A stretch of 46,702 bases of DNA from positions 1 to 46,702 of the forward strand of contig JALAGF010002109.1 in assembly GCA_030167865.1 (NCBI GenBank). Reading direction: 5' to 3'. A program made the translations under genes and the position numbers. Positions 33,472-44,560 of this stretch are shown here, piece after piece. This DNA comes from Craspedostauros australis. Its lineage: Eukaryota. The first letter of the stretch is position 1. Each line of letters starts with the position of its first letter. The notes below the pieces were generated by a model that saw only the letters and a list, made by a program, of their open reading frames with translations, made no database searches and had not been told where the DNA came from.

Positions 33472-34566
33472 ATGAATGCAGTGAGAATAGTTGTGCTGGC
33501 AGCCGCCATTCTGTGCAGCGCGGTATCGCCGAGCGAAGCGACGCCGTCGATTGCCGCAGCATCCGCAGCCATGGCTGTTCCGCACGGCGGCGGCGCCACT
33601 TCCCCCGTCTCCTCGTCGTGGTCGCAGCAGCCACCGCAGCAGAGCCTGTTCGGAGGCCTGTTCCGCTTCCTGTTCTCGGCCGATCCCGCGACGCCATCGC
33701 AGCAGTACCGCCAGACGCTGGAGGAGCAGGTCTACCTGCTGGACCGCCAGCTGCGACAAGCGCGCGAAGAACTGGCGCTGCTGCGGGCCCAGCTGTCCAA
33801 GCGCGCGGCCAAGCGATCCAGCGCCAAGGTGGCGGCCTCCAACAGCGTGCGCACCGAGATGAGCGCCCTCAAGCACCAGATCTCGGTGCTGCAGAGCCAG
33901 GTGCATAGGCTGGAGGGCATGAAGCTAGAGCTCGAAGGAATGCTGCAGGACGAGCAGCTCAAGGTGGAGGAGCTGGAGCAGGCCCTCAAGCACCAGAAGG
34001 AGCTCAGTGCCAAGCTCGTGGAGAAGTACGAGGCGCAGCTGCTGCAGCTGCAGGAGGCCCTGGAGCTCAAGTCGCAGGAGCAGCTCGAATCACTCAAGGC
34101 CATCATGGAGGAGCGCATCACCGCGGCGGCCGAGACCGCGCGCCGCACCGCGCTGGCGGAGATGGAAGAGCGCATCGCGCAGCTCACGGACAAGATGAAG
34201 GCCGATCAGGAACGCGAGCTGCATGCCGAGCGCAAACGATCCGACGCGGCCGTGGAGAAGGAGAAGGTCAAGATGAGGAAGCTCGTCAAGGCCCTTGCCA
34301 TACGCGAGAAGAAGCTTCTGGCCAAGGCCGAGAAGGATCGTCGCAAATCATCGATAGCGAAGGCGGCGGCCGCGGCAGCGTCGTCCTCCTCCACAGATAC
34401 CACGAACAGCGCGGGTACCACAGCAACGACCAAGGAAGGTGCGATCTCAAGTACCACCACATCCACTTCTCCTTCCACCACCGCCGGCCGATCGACGCTG
34501 TCGTCAAGAGCCAGCTCCATCTTTCACAAACAAAAGTCTCCCACGACGCGGGGACCGATGAAGTGA
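33472..34566 (+). CDS. Signal-peptide-bearing long coiled-coil protein
   Basis: MNAVRIVVLAAAILCSAVSPSEA signal, ~200 aa of E/Q/K/L/A-rich heptads, Ser/Thr-rich tail, very high GC3. Frame is open from 33262. Confidence 0.8.
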   Translation: MNAVRIVVLAAAILCSAVSPSEATPSIAAASAAMAVPHGGGATSPVSSSWSQQPPQQSLFGGLFRFLFSADPATPSQQYRQTLEEQVYLLDRQLRQAREELALLRAQLSKRAAKRSSAKVAASNSVRTEMSALKHQISVLQSQVHRLEGMKLELEGMLQDEQLKVEELEQALKHQKELSAKLVEKYEAQLLQLQEALELKSQEQLESLKAIMEERITAAAETARRTALAEMEERIAQLTDKMKADQERELHAERKRSDAAVEKEKVKMRKLVKALAIREKKLLAKAEKDRRKSSIAKAAAAAASSSSTDTTNSAGTTATTKEGAISSTTTSTSPSTTAGRSTLSSRASSIFHKQKSPTTRGPMK

Positions 34567-35647
34567 AATGTTGGGGGTTGAGGCCGCGTCTCATACCGTG
34601 CTACATTCACATCCTACGCGTGTATGGTATTGATCTGGATCACCGCAGAGCATCGAATGGAACTACCATGTCGCGCCATGCCATACCACGACATGACATG
34701 ACATGACACGCTCATTCTCGATTATGGTGGACAATGGCATGACGCAAACAATGTCAGGCCAACATGAGGTAGTGGCATGCGTTGCCAGGACGCCGATGCA
34801 TGGTCTTTTGGGGGGTTTCGGATACATGAGGATCGATGCATCAATGAAAGAGTGGCTGATCAGTTAGTTGGAAGTGTACGTGTACCAGTATTGGATGAGT
34901 CTGCATTCGTGTGTCCGTGTACACGAATGTGCATGTGGGAGAGTGAGTCTGTGACATTGTTTGTGAATGTTGCTTCATCTGCGATCTGCGACAGAGGGAG
35001 ACGAAATGTGACGCGCACATGGAAAGGCAGGAGAGTGCTCTACAGAGCATTGTCCTCTATTCTACCCCGAGATGGATGAGTGTTAACTTCGTACGAGTAC
35101 GCAGACACTGTGCCAAATACGCGCATCCATGTGCAGCGCATGCTCGATTGCGATCGCATGATACCCGTCGAGAGAGCCGAATGACGCAGGGAGACATTGC
35201 CGCAAAATAGCAACAGTAGCAGCATCAATCACAGCGGAGTGAAGTCTTATTGTAGTCTGTTCCATAATATTATATTATATTCCGTAATAATCCACCAGTT
35301 TGCTCTCCATGTCCTCACATTTGGAGCGCACCTCGTATCGCAAGGACCCTTCCGTCCACGACGCGACGTCCTCTCTCCTCTTGTCGATGGCCGCAGAGCA
35401 ACAAATTCGGAAAGTGGCGCCACCGAACGACTGATGTGACAAGTCGTGTTCATAAATTATACAATACTCAGCATTGATAAAACCTGTATGTTCTCTGCTC
35501 TTACATTCTAGTTTGTGCGTCATCATGCTTCTTGACACAGAGTGACGCAGATTGTTGTCAGGGATCGCGAACAGGTCTTTTGGATGCGTGGGAGGGTCTG
35601 TTTGTGCTTTGGCTGCAGCAAGAGAGGAGGGAAAGGCCATCATCATC

Positions 35648-35669
35648 GTTGTTGTTGTTGTTGTTGTTG
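35648..35669. repeat. (GTT)7 / (CAA)7 microsatellite
   Basis: Read directly. Confidence 0.85.
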
Positions 35670-36493
35670 CGAGTACACACAAACAACTTCATTTGTTGTT
35701 CGTACCATACGTACCATACAATTCGCACCACATGTTCGAGAAGTCGCACTGGGTTGATGCCCGGGTGCTGTTGTCACTATGTTCATTGAATCAGACAACA
35801 AAGCAGACCTTCGGGAAAAGGAAACAACGAGATAAGGGCGGACTACAGTCCGAATAGAGTGTGTTGGTAGAGCGTGTGGAGTCAAGAAGAGAGCACGTTC
35901 ATCGAGAATCAAGAAGAGGGACGCAGAGAAAAGGAGAAAAAGAAAGAACAAACAGCACCAACGAAGAAGAGAGTGTCATCGGAATGACTCGCGCGATCGT
36001 TGTGAGAAAGGAAATTCAAAAATTGGCAGCAGGTCGCAGACATCAACAGACGCGCAAAACCAATAACCCCAAACCGTGATCTCCAACGATTTGGTGAACA
36101 GCGTGACGCACACGGCTTCGCTTCCCATCACCACACAAACCAACACAAGACCTCATTTTTGGTGTTGCGTCACGAACATCAATCAAAAGTTGGGTCCAAA
36201 TTCAAATCGCGATCGAGGCGACCGCCATCCCCGCATCTTTCACTGTCCCGATACAGCACACACATGTACACATCATCTTCCGAGGCGCAAGTACGATACA
36301 GTGCGATACAGTACGTACACAACAACAAAGAGAGGACGAGAAGCAGCTCAACTGTGCGAACCAGGACGCTGGTTGCTCTCACAACTTCAGCAGACAGAAC
36401 ACTCAAAACACGAAGACGCATACGCCACACCGCTGACAACAACTCTGCCAGGTCATCAGGCACAAACGTCCTAACAACAACAGCAACAACACC

Positions 36494-38053
36494 ATGACCT
36501 CCGTCGACGTCCTCTTCCCCATCGATGAAGGCCGTGCCATCCGCAATCCTTGCGGCGACTGCAGATCCGGCATCGATGGCATCTACGAGACCATGTACTT
36601 TCACTCTCGAGATGATGACGAACTCCACGGTAACACTCGCAGCGACACGATGAGAAGCCAAGATGCTCGTGCGAACACTGGAAACGATTCCAAAGGAAGG
36701 AACAGCATCAGATGGCTCAAGCGGAGCCAAGCTCGCTCTTCTCAATTGCAACCGCTCGGCCCAACCATCCACAAGATTCCTCCCATCCACAATGACGGCA
36801 CTCCCACGAATGGTCAAACTCAGAATGGCCGCGTCAACTGCAATGTGCAAGTCGCAGCGGATGGAAAATCAGCAAGGCCGTGCGCGGGCAACAACGCTCG
36901 GCCTGTTCTGGTGTCGCCTGTTGGGGAACAGCAGAATCCCGTTCTGTTGGATGTGTCCAATCGAATTCTTCTCGCAGATCAAGGTGCATCTCCAAGCAAT
37001 GCCAGCACGCCGCATCATGACACACATCCATCCTCGAAGTTGGTACAATCTGCTGCCGTCCCCGTGACATGCGGATCAGGCTCCGTTGCTGCCGCATCGG
37101 CATCCATGGCAACTTCGACATCTATCTCTGTCTCTTGCTCAATTTCCATGGCGACGTCCCACGACACCAGCGGATCGATGATTCCAAAGAAGTATTACAT
37201 CAACACCAACACGGTGCCCACGGAAATACACATCATCGAAGAAGACGAGGAGGAAACGCGTGATGCGAATGCCACTGCAATATTGAGAAAACCGCCCACG
37301 AAGGAAGCGCCGTTCAACAATAACATGCCATCGGCATTGCAGAACGTTTTGCCCAATAACGATGAGCCGCTCGATGCATCCATCCTCAGCGAGCCATCGG
37401 GTCATCCCGTAACTACCACGCCAGTCGGACAGCCCGCATTGGGCAAGCTCCTCTCGTCTCCGTCTCGATCGCTTCTCAAGGCGTCCTCGTCGACGTCTTC
37501 CAGCTCCGAAGAAGAGCAGACGGTGCGAACCCCACTCGAAATGGAGCGGCTACTGGCCACGCAAAGCACCAAGATGGCGGCTAAGAACGAGTACACCCTC
37601 CTGCAGCAGCTGCAGGCCAAGCAGGAGGTAATCGATATGCTCTCCGAGGAGGTCTACCGGTCCAGAATGCGCATCCACGGTCTCATGTCCCAGGTCGCGG
37701 TGGGCAATGATGACGAGGCAAAGGATGACCAGAACGCCAACAACAACACTGCGCGGGATGCGGACAAGGTCGCGGACAGAACCCGATCGGTTGAACCGAC
37801 GGAGGACTCCACGCCCGATACGCCACCCAGTAAATCAAGATCCCTGCCATCGCGCCGTCAGCGCAGACAACGTCGACAACGCCAGAGGCCGCAACGATTG
37901 ACGCAGGACCCGGCCAAACAGGAGGAGTACGATCCTACCATCTACCTCAAGTCGGGTATCCTGCTGTCCACATTCTTTGTTCTATGTGGCGGCCGCCCCA
38001 TCCTCCTCATGATCATGGTGCTGGTCTGGATCACGGTCGATATGATCGCCTAG
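36494..38053 (+). CDS. Uncharacterised, largely disordered protein with short coiled coil and C-terminal membrane anchor (519 aa)
   Basis: ATG preceded by a CAA-rich leader, coiled-coil-like 'LLQQLQAKQEVIDMLSEEV', terminal hydrophobic hairpin 'ILLSTFFVLCGGRPILLMIMVLVWITV'. Confidence 0.8.
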   Translation: MTSVDVLFPIDEGRAIRNPCGDCRSGIDGIYETMYFHSRDDDELHGNTRSDTMRSQDARANTGNDSKGRNSIRWLKRSQARSSQLQPLGPTIHKIPPIHNDGTPTNGQTQNGRVNCNVQVAADGKSARPCAGNNARPVLVSPVGEQQNPVLLDVSNRILLADQGASPSNASTPHHDTHPSSKLVQSAAVPVTCGSGSVAAASASMATSTSISVSCSISMATSHDTSGSMIPKKYYINTNTVPTEIHIIEEDEEETRDANATAILRKPPTKEAPFNNNMPSALQNVLPNNDEPLDASILSEPSGHPVTTTPVGQPALGKLLSSPSRSLLKASSSTSSSSEEEQTVRTPLEMERLLATQSTKMAAKNEYTLLQQLQAKQEVIDMLSEEVYRSRMRIHGLMSQVAVGNDDEAKDDQNANNNTARDADKVADRTRSVEPTEDSTPDTPPSKSRSLPSRRQRRQRRQRQRPQRLTQDPAKQEEYDPTIYLKSGILLSTFFVLCGGRPILLMIMVLVWITVDMIA

Positions 38054-38184
38054 AAGACTAAACACAGTACAGTATATATTGCATTCAAAATAAAATCATA
38101 GAAGAGGCATTCATGTTTACCTATTTATTATTGACTAAAATACTCACGAACATGCATCATCATCATCATCATCACCATCGATGC

Positions 38185-40623
38185 CTACTCGGTTGGACCG
38201 CAGCTGGTGAGGCGTTGCCAGAACGAAAGCTCGACCTGTGGCTCGTCCTCTTCTGGTTGTTCCACCATCATCGGTGCTCTCTTCATGGGCGTGGCGAGTT
38301 CTGTCGCCATTTCCTTCTTCTCCACAACCACTGGTGGGGGTGCTTCCACCACGGGTGTGGGAATCTCGACTGCAGCCTCGGGCTCCGGCGTCGTCGTCAT
38401 ATCCCGCGCCTCGCTCTCCTGCTCATCGCGGCTGTTCGTCATCTGGGCCCACACGTTGCGCCAGCTCTTGCGTGCCGTGCGAGCACGTGCCGACAGGCCC
38501 GGCAGAATGTCGTCGCCTTCCAATCCGGGCAACAGCTCGACCGATGGACTCGCGCTGCGGTTGGCGGGTGGATCGCGCGCCTCCGACTTCATCTGCGACA
38601 CGCGCTTCGATTTGGCCTTGGCGACGGCCTTGTACATGGCGACGCCGCTGACGGCGTTGCGTTTCGTGTTGGAGCTCTTGACGCTGGTGTTGTTCATCTT
38701 GTCCGTGTCTTCGGAGGGGTGCGAACCGAGCGAGCCGGACTTGGCGCTGGACGCGGCCTTCTTGGCGCTGCCCTTGATGGATCGCTTGCTGTTCGTGGTC
38801 TTGACGGACTTGTTGGCCGCAGACTTGGCCGAGGCCGCCGACTTGATGCTCTTGACAGAGGCTGCGGTCTTGATGGATTTGGAGCTCTTGATCGACTTGA
38901 CGCTCTTGGCTGACTTGATGCTCTTGGAAACTGATGCGACGGACTTGTTTGAGCTCATCACTTCCTCAGTTTCTGGCTTGTCGGCGGCAGGTTCCTGCTT
39001 GTTTTCGTCAGCTGCAGTGGCTTCCTTGTTGTCCTTGTTGGAAGTGGTGGCAACGACGGCAGCAGCAGCAGCGGCCGTGATAACAGCAGCCGTTGCAACT
39101 GTGGCGACAACAGCACCCTCCTTCTTTGACGAGATGCTGGCGGTGCTCTTCATCGAAGCATCCTCATTCGCGCTTTCCTTCTCGACACTCGCAGCGGTGG
39201 CGGCGGGGACAGGGGCGGTGTCTTCGGCCTTCTTGGATCGGGCCTCGACAGCCTCTGGGGAAGCGGTGACGGACACCCCAGTAGACTTCTCGCACACGCT
39301 ATTCTCGCGCACGCTCTTCTTGGACGCGGAGCTCTTGACGCTGGCGCCGCTCGTCACGGATCCGGAAATGGCGCCGACGGTGGAGGTCGATGCAGCCGTG
39401 CTGTCGGCCGTGTTGTCGGAGGTAGTTGCGACGGTTGCTGCAGCTGCAGCTGCAGCAGCGACACCGGCAATGACGACGGTCCCGGCGACAGCTCCAGCGG
39501 CCGTCTTGGAAGCTGCTTCGGTGTCGGCGGGTGGCGTTGGGGTGGGTGCAGTGTTGCGATCCACCGCACCGGTGCTCATGAAGGAGTGACGGAAGATGGG
39601 CTTGCCGCTTGGTCGCGGAGGCATGCTCTTGACGCTGGCAGAGTCCTCTGCCTTGCGAGAGCGGTTGCGGCTGCCACCGTGGATGTGCCGAGTTGATCGG
39701 GAGAAACGGTTGCTGTTTCCGCCGTTGCTGGTGGTCAGGCCTTGACGCTGGGTCGAGGCGGCGGCGGCGGCGCCGAATCCTGCGACTGGAGCGAATGCGG
39801 ATGCTTCACGTCCGGAGTACACGTTGGTGTTATTCTGTCCGACCTGCGGCTTGACAGCGATCGTCGCTTCGGAGTCGGCGGCCTGCTGCTGCCAGGTGCC
39901 TTGCGGGTCGGTGGCCAGGCCGTTCTTGTTGAACAGATCGGTGGCAACGGGAGAGGCTCCCTGGTTGACGAACGCGTGGCTGGACCTCGCCTGCTTGGAG
40001 TGGTCCATCCCGTTCTTATGGCTGTTGCCAGAGTGCTCCACAGAGTTGAGCATGAGGGACGACACGTCGTCGTCGATCACGAAGCCCTCCTCGCCGGCAT
40101 CCAGGGCGATGGCTCGTGCGCGCTCGATCCATGTCTTGTGCTCCATGGTGGGGAGCAATGCGAAGTCATTCTCGTTGGCAACCTCCTTGATGACTTCCTC
40201 CACCTGATCCATGGCCCTGTGGAAGTCGAAGAAGAGGTTGATGTCGGAGTACCGTCCGATGTCGCATGCCTTTGGCAGCACGTTGGGCAGCTGCCAGTAG
40301 AATTCGCAGTAGCAGTCCTCCTCGACTTCGATCACCTCGAGAATCTTGCGGCCCAGCAGCCGTGCTACCTTGACCTGTCGCTTCTCCTGGAGGTGCCTCA
40401 TGATGGCCATGGCGAACTGCGCCTTCAACACAGTGTCGAGCTGGTTGTACAGGTGCTGTTGGAGTTCCGTGTAGGAAAGGTACAGGAGGGCTGGCCACCA
40501 GTGAGATTGGTACCGAACCCAAACCAGACGCTCCAAGAGAGCGATCTTGGGAGATGGTTGATTAGCATACGGGATGCCCCATTTCTCCATCGACGCAACG
40601 GAGACTGTTGATGACATGGCCAT
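38185..40623 (-). CDS. PWWP-like domain protein with long low-complexity Ala/Ser/Lys-rich C-terminal region (812 aa)
   Basis: 'LVWVRYQSHWWPALLY' matches the PWWP core (VW-x-K/R...WWPA). Globular first ~170 aa, then a disordered tail. 812-codon ORF with coding bias. Confidence 0.8.
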   Translation of the reverse strand: MAMSSTVSVASMEKWGIPYANQPSPKIALLERLVWVRYQSHWWPALLYLSYTELQQHLYNQLDTVLKAQFAMAIMRHLQEKRQVKVARLLGRKILEVIEVEEDCYCEFYWQLPNVLPKACDIGRYSDINLFFDFHRAMDQVEEVIKEVANENDFALLPTMEHKTWIERARAIALDAGEEGFVIDDDVSSLMLNSVEHSGNSHKNGMDHSKQARSSHAFVNQGASPVATDLFNKNGLATDPQGTWQQQAADSEATIAVKPQVGQNNTNVYSGREASAFAPVAGFGAAAAASTQRQGLTTSNGGNSNRFSRSTRHIHGGSRNRSRKAEDSASVKSMPPRPSGKPIFRHSFMSTGAVDRNTAPTPTPPADTEAASKTAAGAVAGTVVIAGVAAAAAAAATVATTSDNTADSTAASTSTVGAISGSVTSGASVKSSASKKSVRENSVCEKSTGVSVTASPEAVEARSKKAEDTAPVPAATAASVEKESANEDASMKSTASISSKKEGAVVATVATAAVITAAAAAAVVATTSNKDNKEATAADENKQEPAADKPETEEVMSSNKSVASVSKSIKSAKSVKSIKSSKSIKTAASVKSIKSAASAKSAANKSVKTTNSKRSIKGSAKKAASSAKSGSLGSHPSEDTDKMNNTSVKSSNTKRNAVSGVAMYKAVAKAKSKRVSQMKSEARDPPANRSASPSVELLPGLEGDDILPGLSARARTARKSWRNVWAQMTNSRDEQESEARDMTTTPEPEAAVEIPTPVVEAPPPVVVEKKEMATELATPMKRAPMMVEQPEEDEPQVELSFWQRLTSCGPTE

Positions 40624-42467
40624 GGTTGATGATGTGTGTGTTGACGTGAATGTGAATGTGAATGTGGACGACTGCGGTTGTGAAGCTTCGATCTCGATCG
40701 CTTTCGTTGAAATGATGCTCTGATGTAAAGGGATGAATGGAATGGATGGGCTCTGTTGCGGTTTGTTATTTTGTGTGAGATTCGGAGTCTGTCAAAGTCG
40801 CTGATGATGAAGTTCGAGGGATGGCGAAATGGTTCTGCCGATTTGAGGGCTGAGTGTTGTTGACTCCTATGTACTCTTTCGCTTACTCCTATCTCATAAT
40901 CGAGAGAGTTGGTATGGCAGTGATGGTCGGAACTGTTCGGACGCTGCTGTATGGTGATGAAGACGTTGAAGACGCTGCTGCATGGTGGTGGATGCAGTTG
41001 CTTCTGGTCCAACTGTCACACACTCACCTGTTCTGTCACCAACGTTGACACACACATGCACATCCGCTTTCACCACATTCCACTTTCACATTCCCCACAA
41101 CGTCTCGCTTCTCTCCAATTGCTGGCGTTGAGATTGAGACTCGCGACCTTCCTCGCCATCCAATCCAGCACCAACCACGCATGAACACATGAAAAAAGCC
41201 ATCAAAAGAAGCCCAGAGGTGCGAGAACACAACAAACCATTTGCTATTTCACCCATGCTGGGAGGTTTGGTTTGTCTGCTCTTGGACACAAAACTGTGAG
41301 CGGAGGCGTTGGGAACTTCAGCGATAATTGTTCGAGCACGTCGCGTCGGTTGGATTGGATTACTATGGGAGAAACCTGTCCATTTTTGTGACATGCGACA
41401 TTCTCAAAGCGGCGCACATAAGAGAGAATCGGCACCGAAGTTTCCGCCATCGCGAAATCCAACGCATGGCGATCATGTTCTCCAACAATTTTGCAACTAT
41501 CCACGACTCGCACCTCACCAAAACGAAAGTCTCACCAAATTCAATCCAAATCCATCCACGTGACATGAAGCGACAGTATGCGGAGAGGTGCCAAGCGCAA
41601 GAGCAGAGCGGAACCGGACGAGGGGTTCTTCTTGTCCACTAACAAGATGATCACGTTGAAGATCTCTCTCTCTCTCGCTGGAGAGGGGGAAGAGCTAGAA
41701 GGCGTGGTAGAAGCACGTCGCTGTGCTAAGTTGCCGTTCCTCTCATCAAATTCCCTCTCCATTCACATGATGGCTACACACCGGTGGAGGGGGTTCCCGC
41801 AATTGAGGACCATACCATGATGTTCATGCGTGGGAACACAGCCAACAATGCAGACAACGATGCCAGCGATAACATCGGAGCAATCTACGCCACGTGCCTC
41901 CGACTAAGTGCATGAAGCAAAGCCAGCTGTCCGAGACAGTCGCGAACCGGAATAGAGTAGCTGAAACTCCCTTGCGCTCTGTTTGGAATACACTTTTTTG
42001 TTGAACGCACCGCTGGTCACAGGTCACATCTGTCCAAAGTTCGTAGAAGCGCACTTGTATCGCAGAGTGCGGTAGTCTATGCGGCATCATCGTGCTCTGC
42101 ACATCAAGCAACAACTTCTGTCCGCTCTCGCCACTCGACTGTCTCTGGAAACTTTGCAATTGATTGCCACCTTTTCCGTCTGTGCGTCCGTCCAATTCCA
42201 GAAATCGTGTGTCACGCAAACGCTGATGCCGACAACAACGTCAGAGATGATCGACGACCCATCAACAACAACGTCAAAAATCGTATCCAAACAGCACATC
42301 ATGTGTCAACGATCGCAAAGTGGATGAGTCATCGACATCTACTCCACACTACTGTAGTCGCATGTACCATCGGCAACAAGCGAGTTGGAGACAGGACGGA
42401 ACATCCACAAACTTGCGACAGTGCAACAACAAATTGCATTCGATCGCATTCTTACACAACGGAGAAG

Positions 42468-44094
42468 ATGAGATCCTTTCCGCAGATTCTGACGGTCTCA
42501 GCTCTGCTGCTGATGTCCTCGATGGTGATGGAATGTGCCGATGCATTCATCGTCAATCCATCCAGGGGCCCTGAATCAGCCACGATGCTGCATGCCAACC
42601 AGAACGAATCGGCCGACGTCACATCCAGACGTTCGATGCTGCTCTCCACAGCTGCCGGTGCTGTGGGTGCAGCAACCGCCTTGATGGTGTCACCACCTCA
42701 ACCAGCACACGCCCGCCTCGAGGCTGTCAACCGTCCCGATCTACTCCCAACAGAGGCAGGTCTCAACGTCATCCAAACGGAGAAGTTCCTCACATCGGGA
42801 CAGGCCAAGCGACTCGATGGCATGCTGACCAATCTGGAACGTGACACCGGCTTTCGTTTGCGTCTGCTCTGTCAGAACTACCCCAACACACCTGGATTGG
42901 CCATCCGCGACTACTGGGATTTGGGCAAGGAAGGGCAGAAGGATGACAAGTACATCGTTCTCGTCGTTGATCAGTTTGGCGGACGTGGTAGGTCCCATCG
43001 TTTGCAGAGTGGCGTGTTGCACCACGTGAGCATCGAAGTGCTTCTTTGAGATCATACTCGTACGCATGGTCTAAGAACGTCCGGGGTACCAACCCATCGA
43101 TCAAAGCAGGCATGCGCCTTTGCTCCATTCGGTTTGATGCAACCACGCCTCCAGCTTTCATGCCAGATGTGGCCACCCTCGGTCAGTCCCTTTTTCATTC
43201 GTTCTCACCATTCCTCTCTCATCGCTTCGTACCAAATCCATGTGAATTGCAATGCTGGTGGCGCCCAAAACAACGCTGTATCATAAACGATGGCGGCATC
43301 GCACATGCACAATTCAAATGATGATGCAACCCAACGTATGTACACAGGCAATGTATTGAACTTCAATGTCGGAGACGGTGTGAAGGTAAGGGACAGCGCA
43401 TGGTGTGCAAAGTTGGATGTCGTGTAATGATTTCATTGGCATACCGACGCGAAGGGAGTTTGAGAGTACGCCACCGCTACACCAACATGAGAAGCTCTCC
43501 TGCAGGCTGGCCTTCTGATGATCAGCGCAACCGATCATTCAACCGCAATGTTTCTCACAAATTCATCTTGCCCCTGTTCTTTTCTGACACTTGTTTCTGT
43601 TACAAACGTACCTGTAGTTTGCTTTGCCAAATGTGTTCTGGACTCGGCTTTCGGGAAAGTATGGAACGGTGAGTAACTGCTGAATCATTGTGTTTCCGTT
43701 TGCGAGCGAGAGGATGGGGTGGTCGTTCATCGGCATGCTGATGCATTGCAGGGCGTGTAGATAGTATTTTGGCGTCTCTCTCATGTGTACATGACAGTCA
43801 CGCCACATGACAGTCACGCCACATGACGGTCACGCCATACGAACAGCACTCACTGATATCCTCTGCCTTATTTTTACGCAACTACATGTTCCACTCTTCT
43901 CCATGATGTGTTGCTCGCTCTTGTTGCTGGTCGCTGTTGCTGCCACACAGACATTCTACGTTCGTGACAACGGCATCGACCTGGCCATCACGAACGCTGT
44001 GGAAGCAATCGTGTCCTGCCTGAGATCCGAGGATGGCTTCTGCACCAGCCCACCAGACGAGGCACAGAGTCTGAGAGGGTTGGGATTCAAATGA
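42468..44094 (+). CDS. Thylakoid-lumen TPM-domain protein (thylakoid lumenal 15 kDa protein 2-like); exons 42468-42987, 43348-43385, 43618-43668, 43951-44094 (~250 aa)
   Basis: Tripartite targeting: signal peptide ending ADA|FIV (ASAFAP type), transit peptide, twin-Arg 'SRRSMLL...PAHA|RLE'. Mature 'RLEAVNRPDLLP...FLTSGQ...LERDTGFRLRLLCQNYPNTPGLAIRDYW...GNVLNFNVGDGV..LPNVFWTRLSGKYGTTFYVRDNG'. Three GT-AG introns keep frame (753 nt). Confidence 0.9.
43789..43837. repeat. 16-bp minisatellite (ACATGACAGTCACGCC) x3 in intron 3 of the TPM gene
   Basis: Two perfect units plus one with a single A>G change. Confidence 0.9.
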
Positions 44095-44560
44095 GTCAAG
44101 GTTCGGGATAGCGTTGATTTCATTTCTTGGATCATGTGGAGTCAAACCCGACATGACATGCACTCTCGTGTTGTGGAAGCATAGACGCCACAGCAGCAAC
44201 TGCATGAGGCTAACTCGATGAATGGCTACTGCTACTGCTATTACAACTACTACAATTCACATCTTTGCCCACCTTAAAGTGTGTCCGGCGAAAGGGCGAA
44301 AAGGCAACAGACATTCTGTCTTCGTTCTTTTTTCATCATGCAGTGTGTATTAGTACTGATACTTATTCTATGAAATGATTGATCTCCGATATTGGACGGT
44401 AGGTGGTGGAATGCACCGGAGCGCGACGAGTTCCAAGAGTGTCGTGTTCTTGAATTACAACTTGGTCACCATGGAGCTCCTCGAATTGTGTGAGCATTGT
44501 ACTCGATGACGGCATCCTTCCGTTGATGTTCACCATTCGACATCAAAATCGACTTCAGCG

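Noticed and set aside
38207..39589. 460-aa Leu/Ala-rich + strand ORF
   Set aside because: Antisense shadow of the Lys/Ser/Ala low-complexity region.
40804..40853. Possible C/D-box snoRNA (ATGATGA...CTGA)
   Set aside because: Too short, with no terminal stem or recognisable rRNA guide. Such motifs are frequent by chance here.
43789..43837. CRISPR-like repeat array
   Set aside because: Head-to-tail repeats with no spacers, no cas genes, and a eukaryotic intron context.
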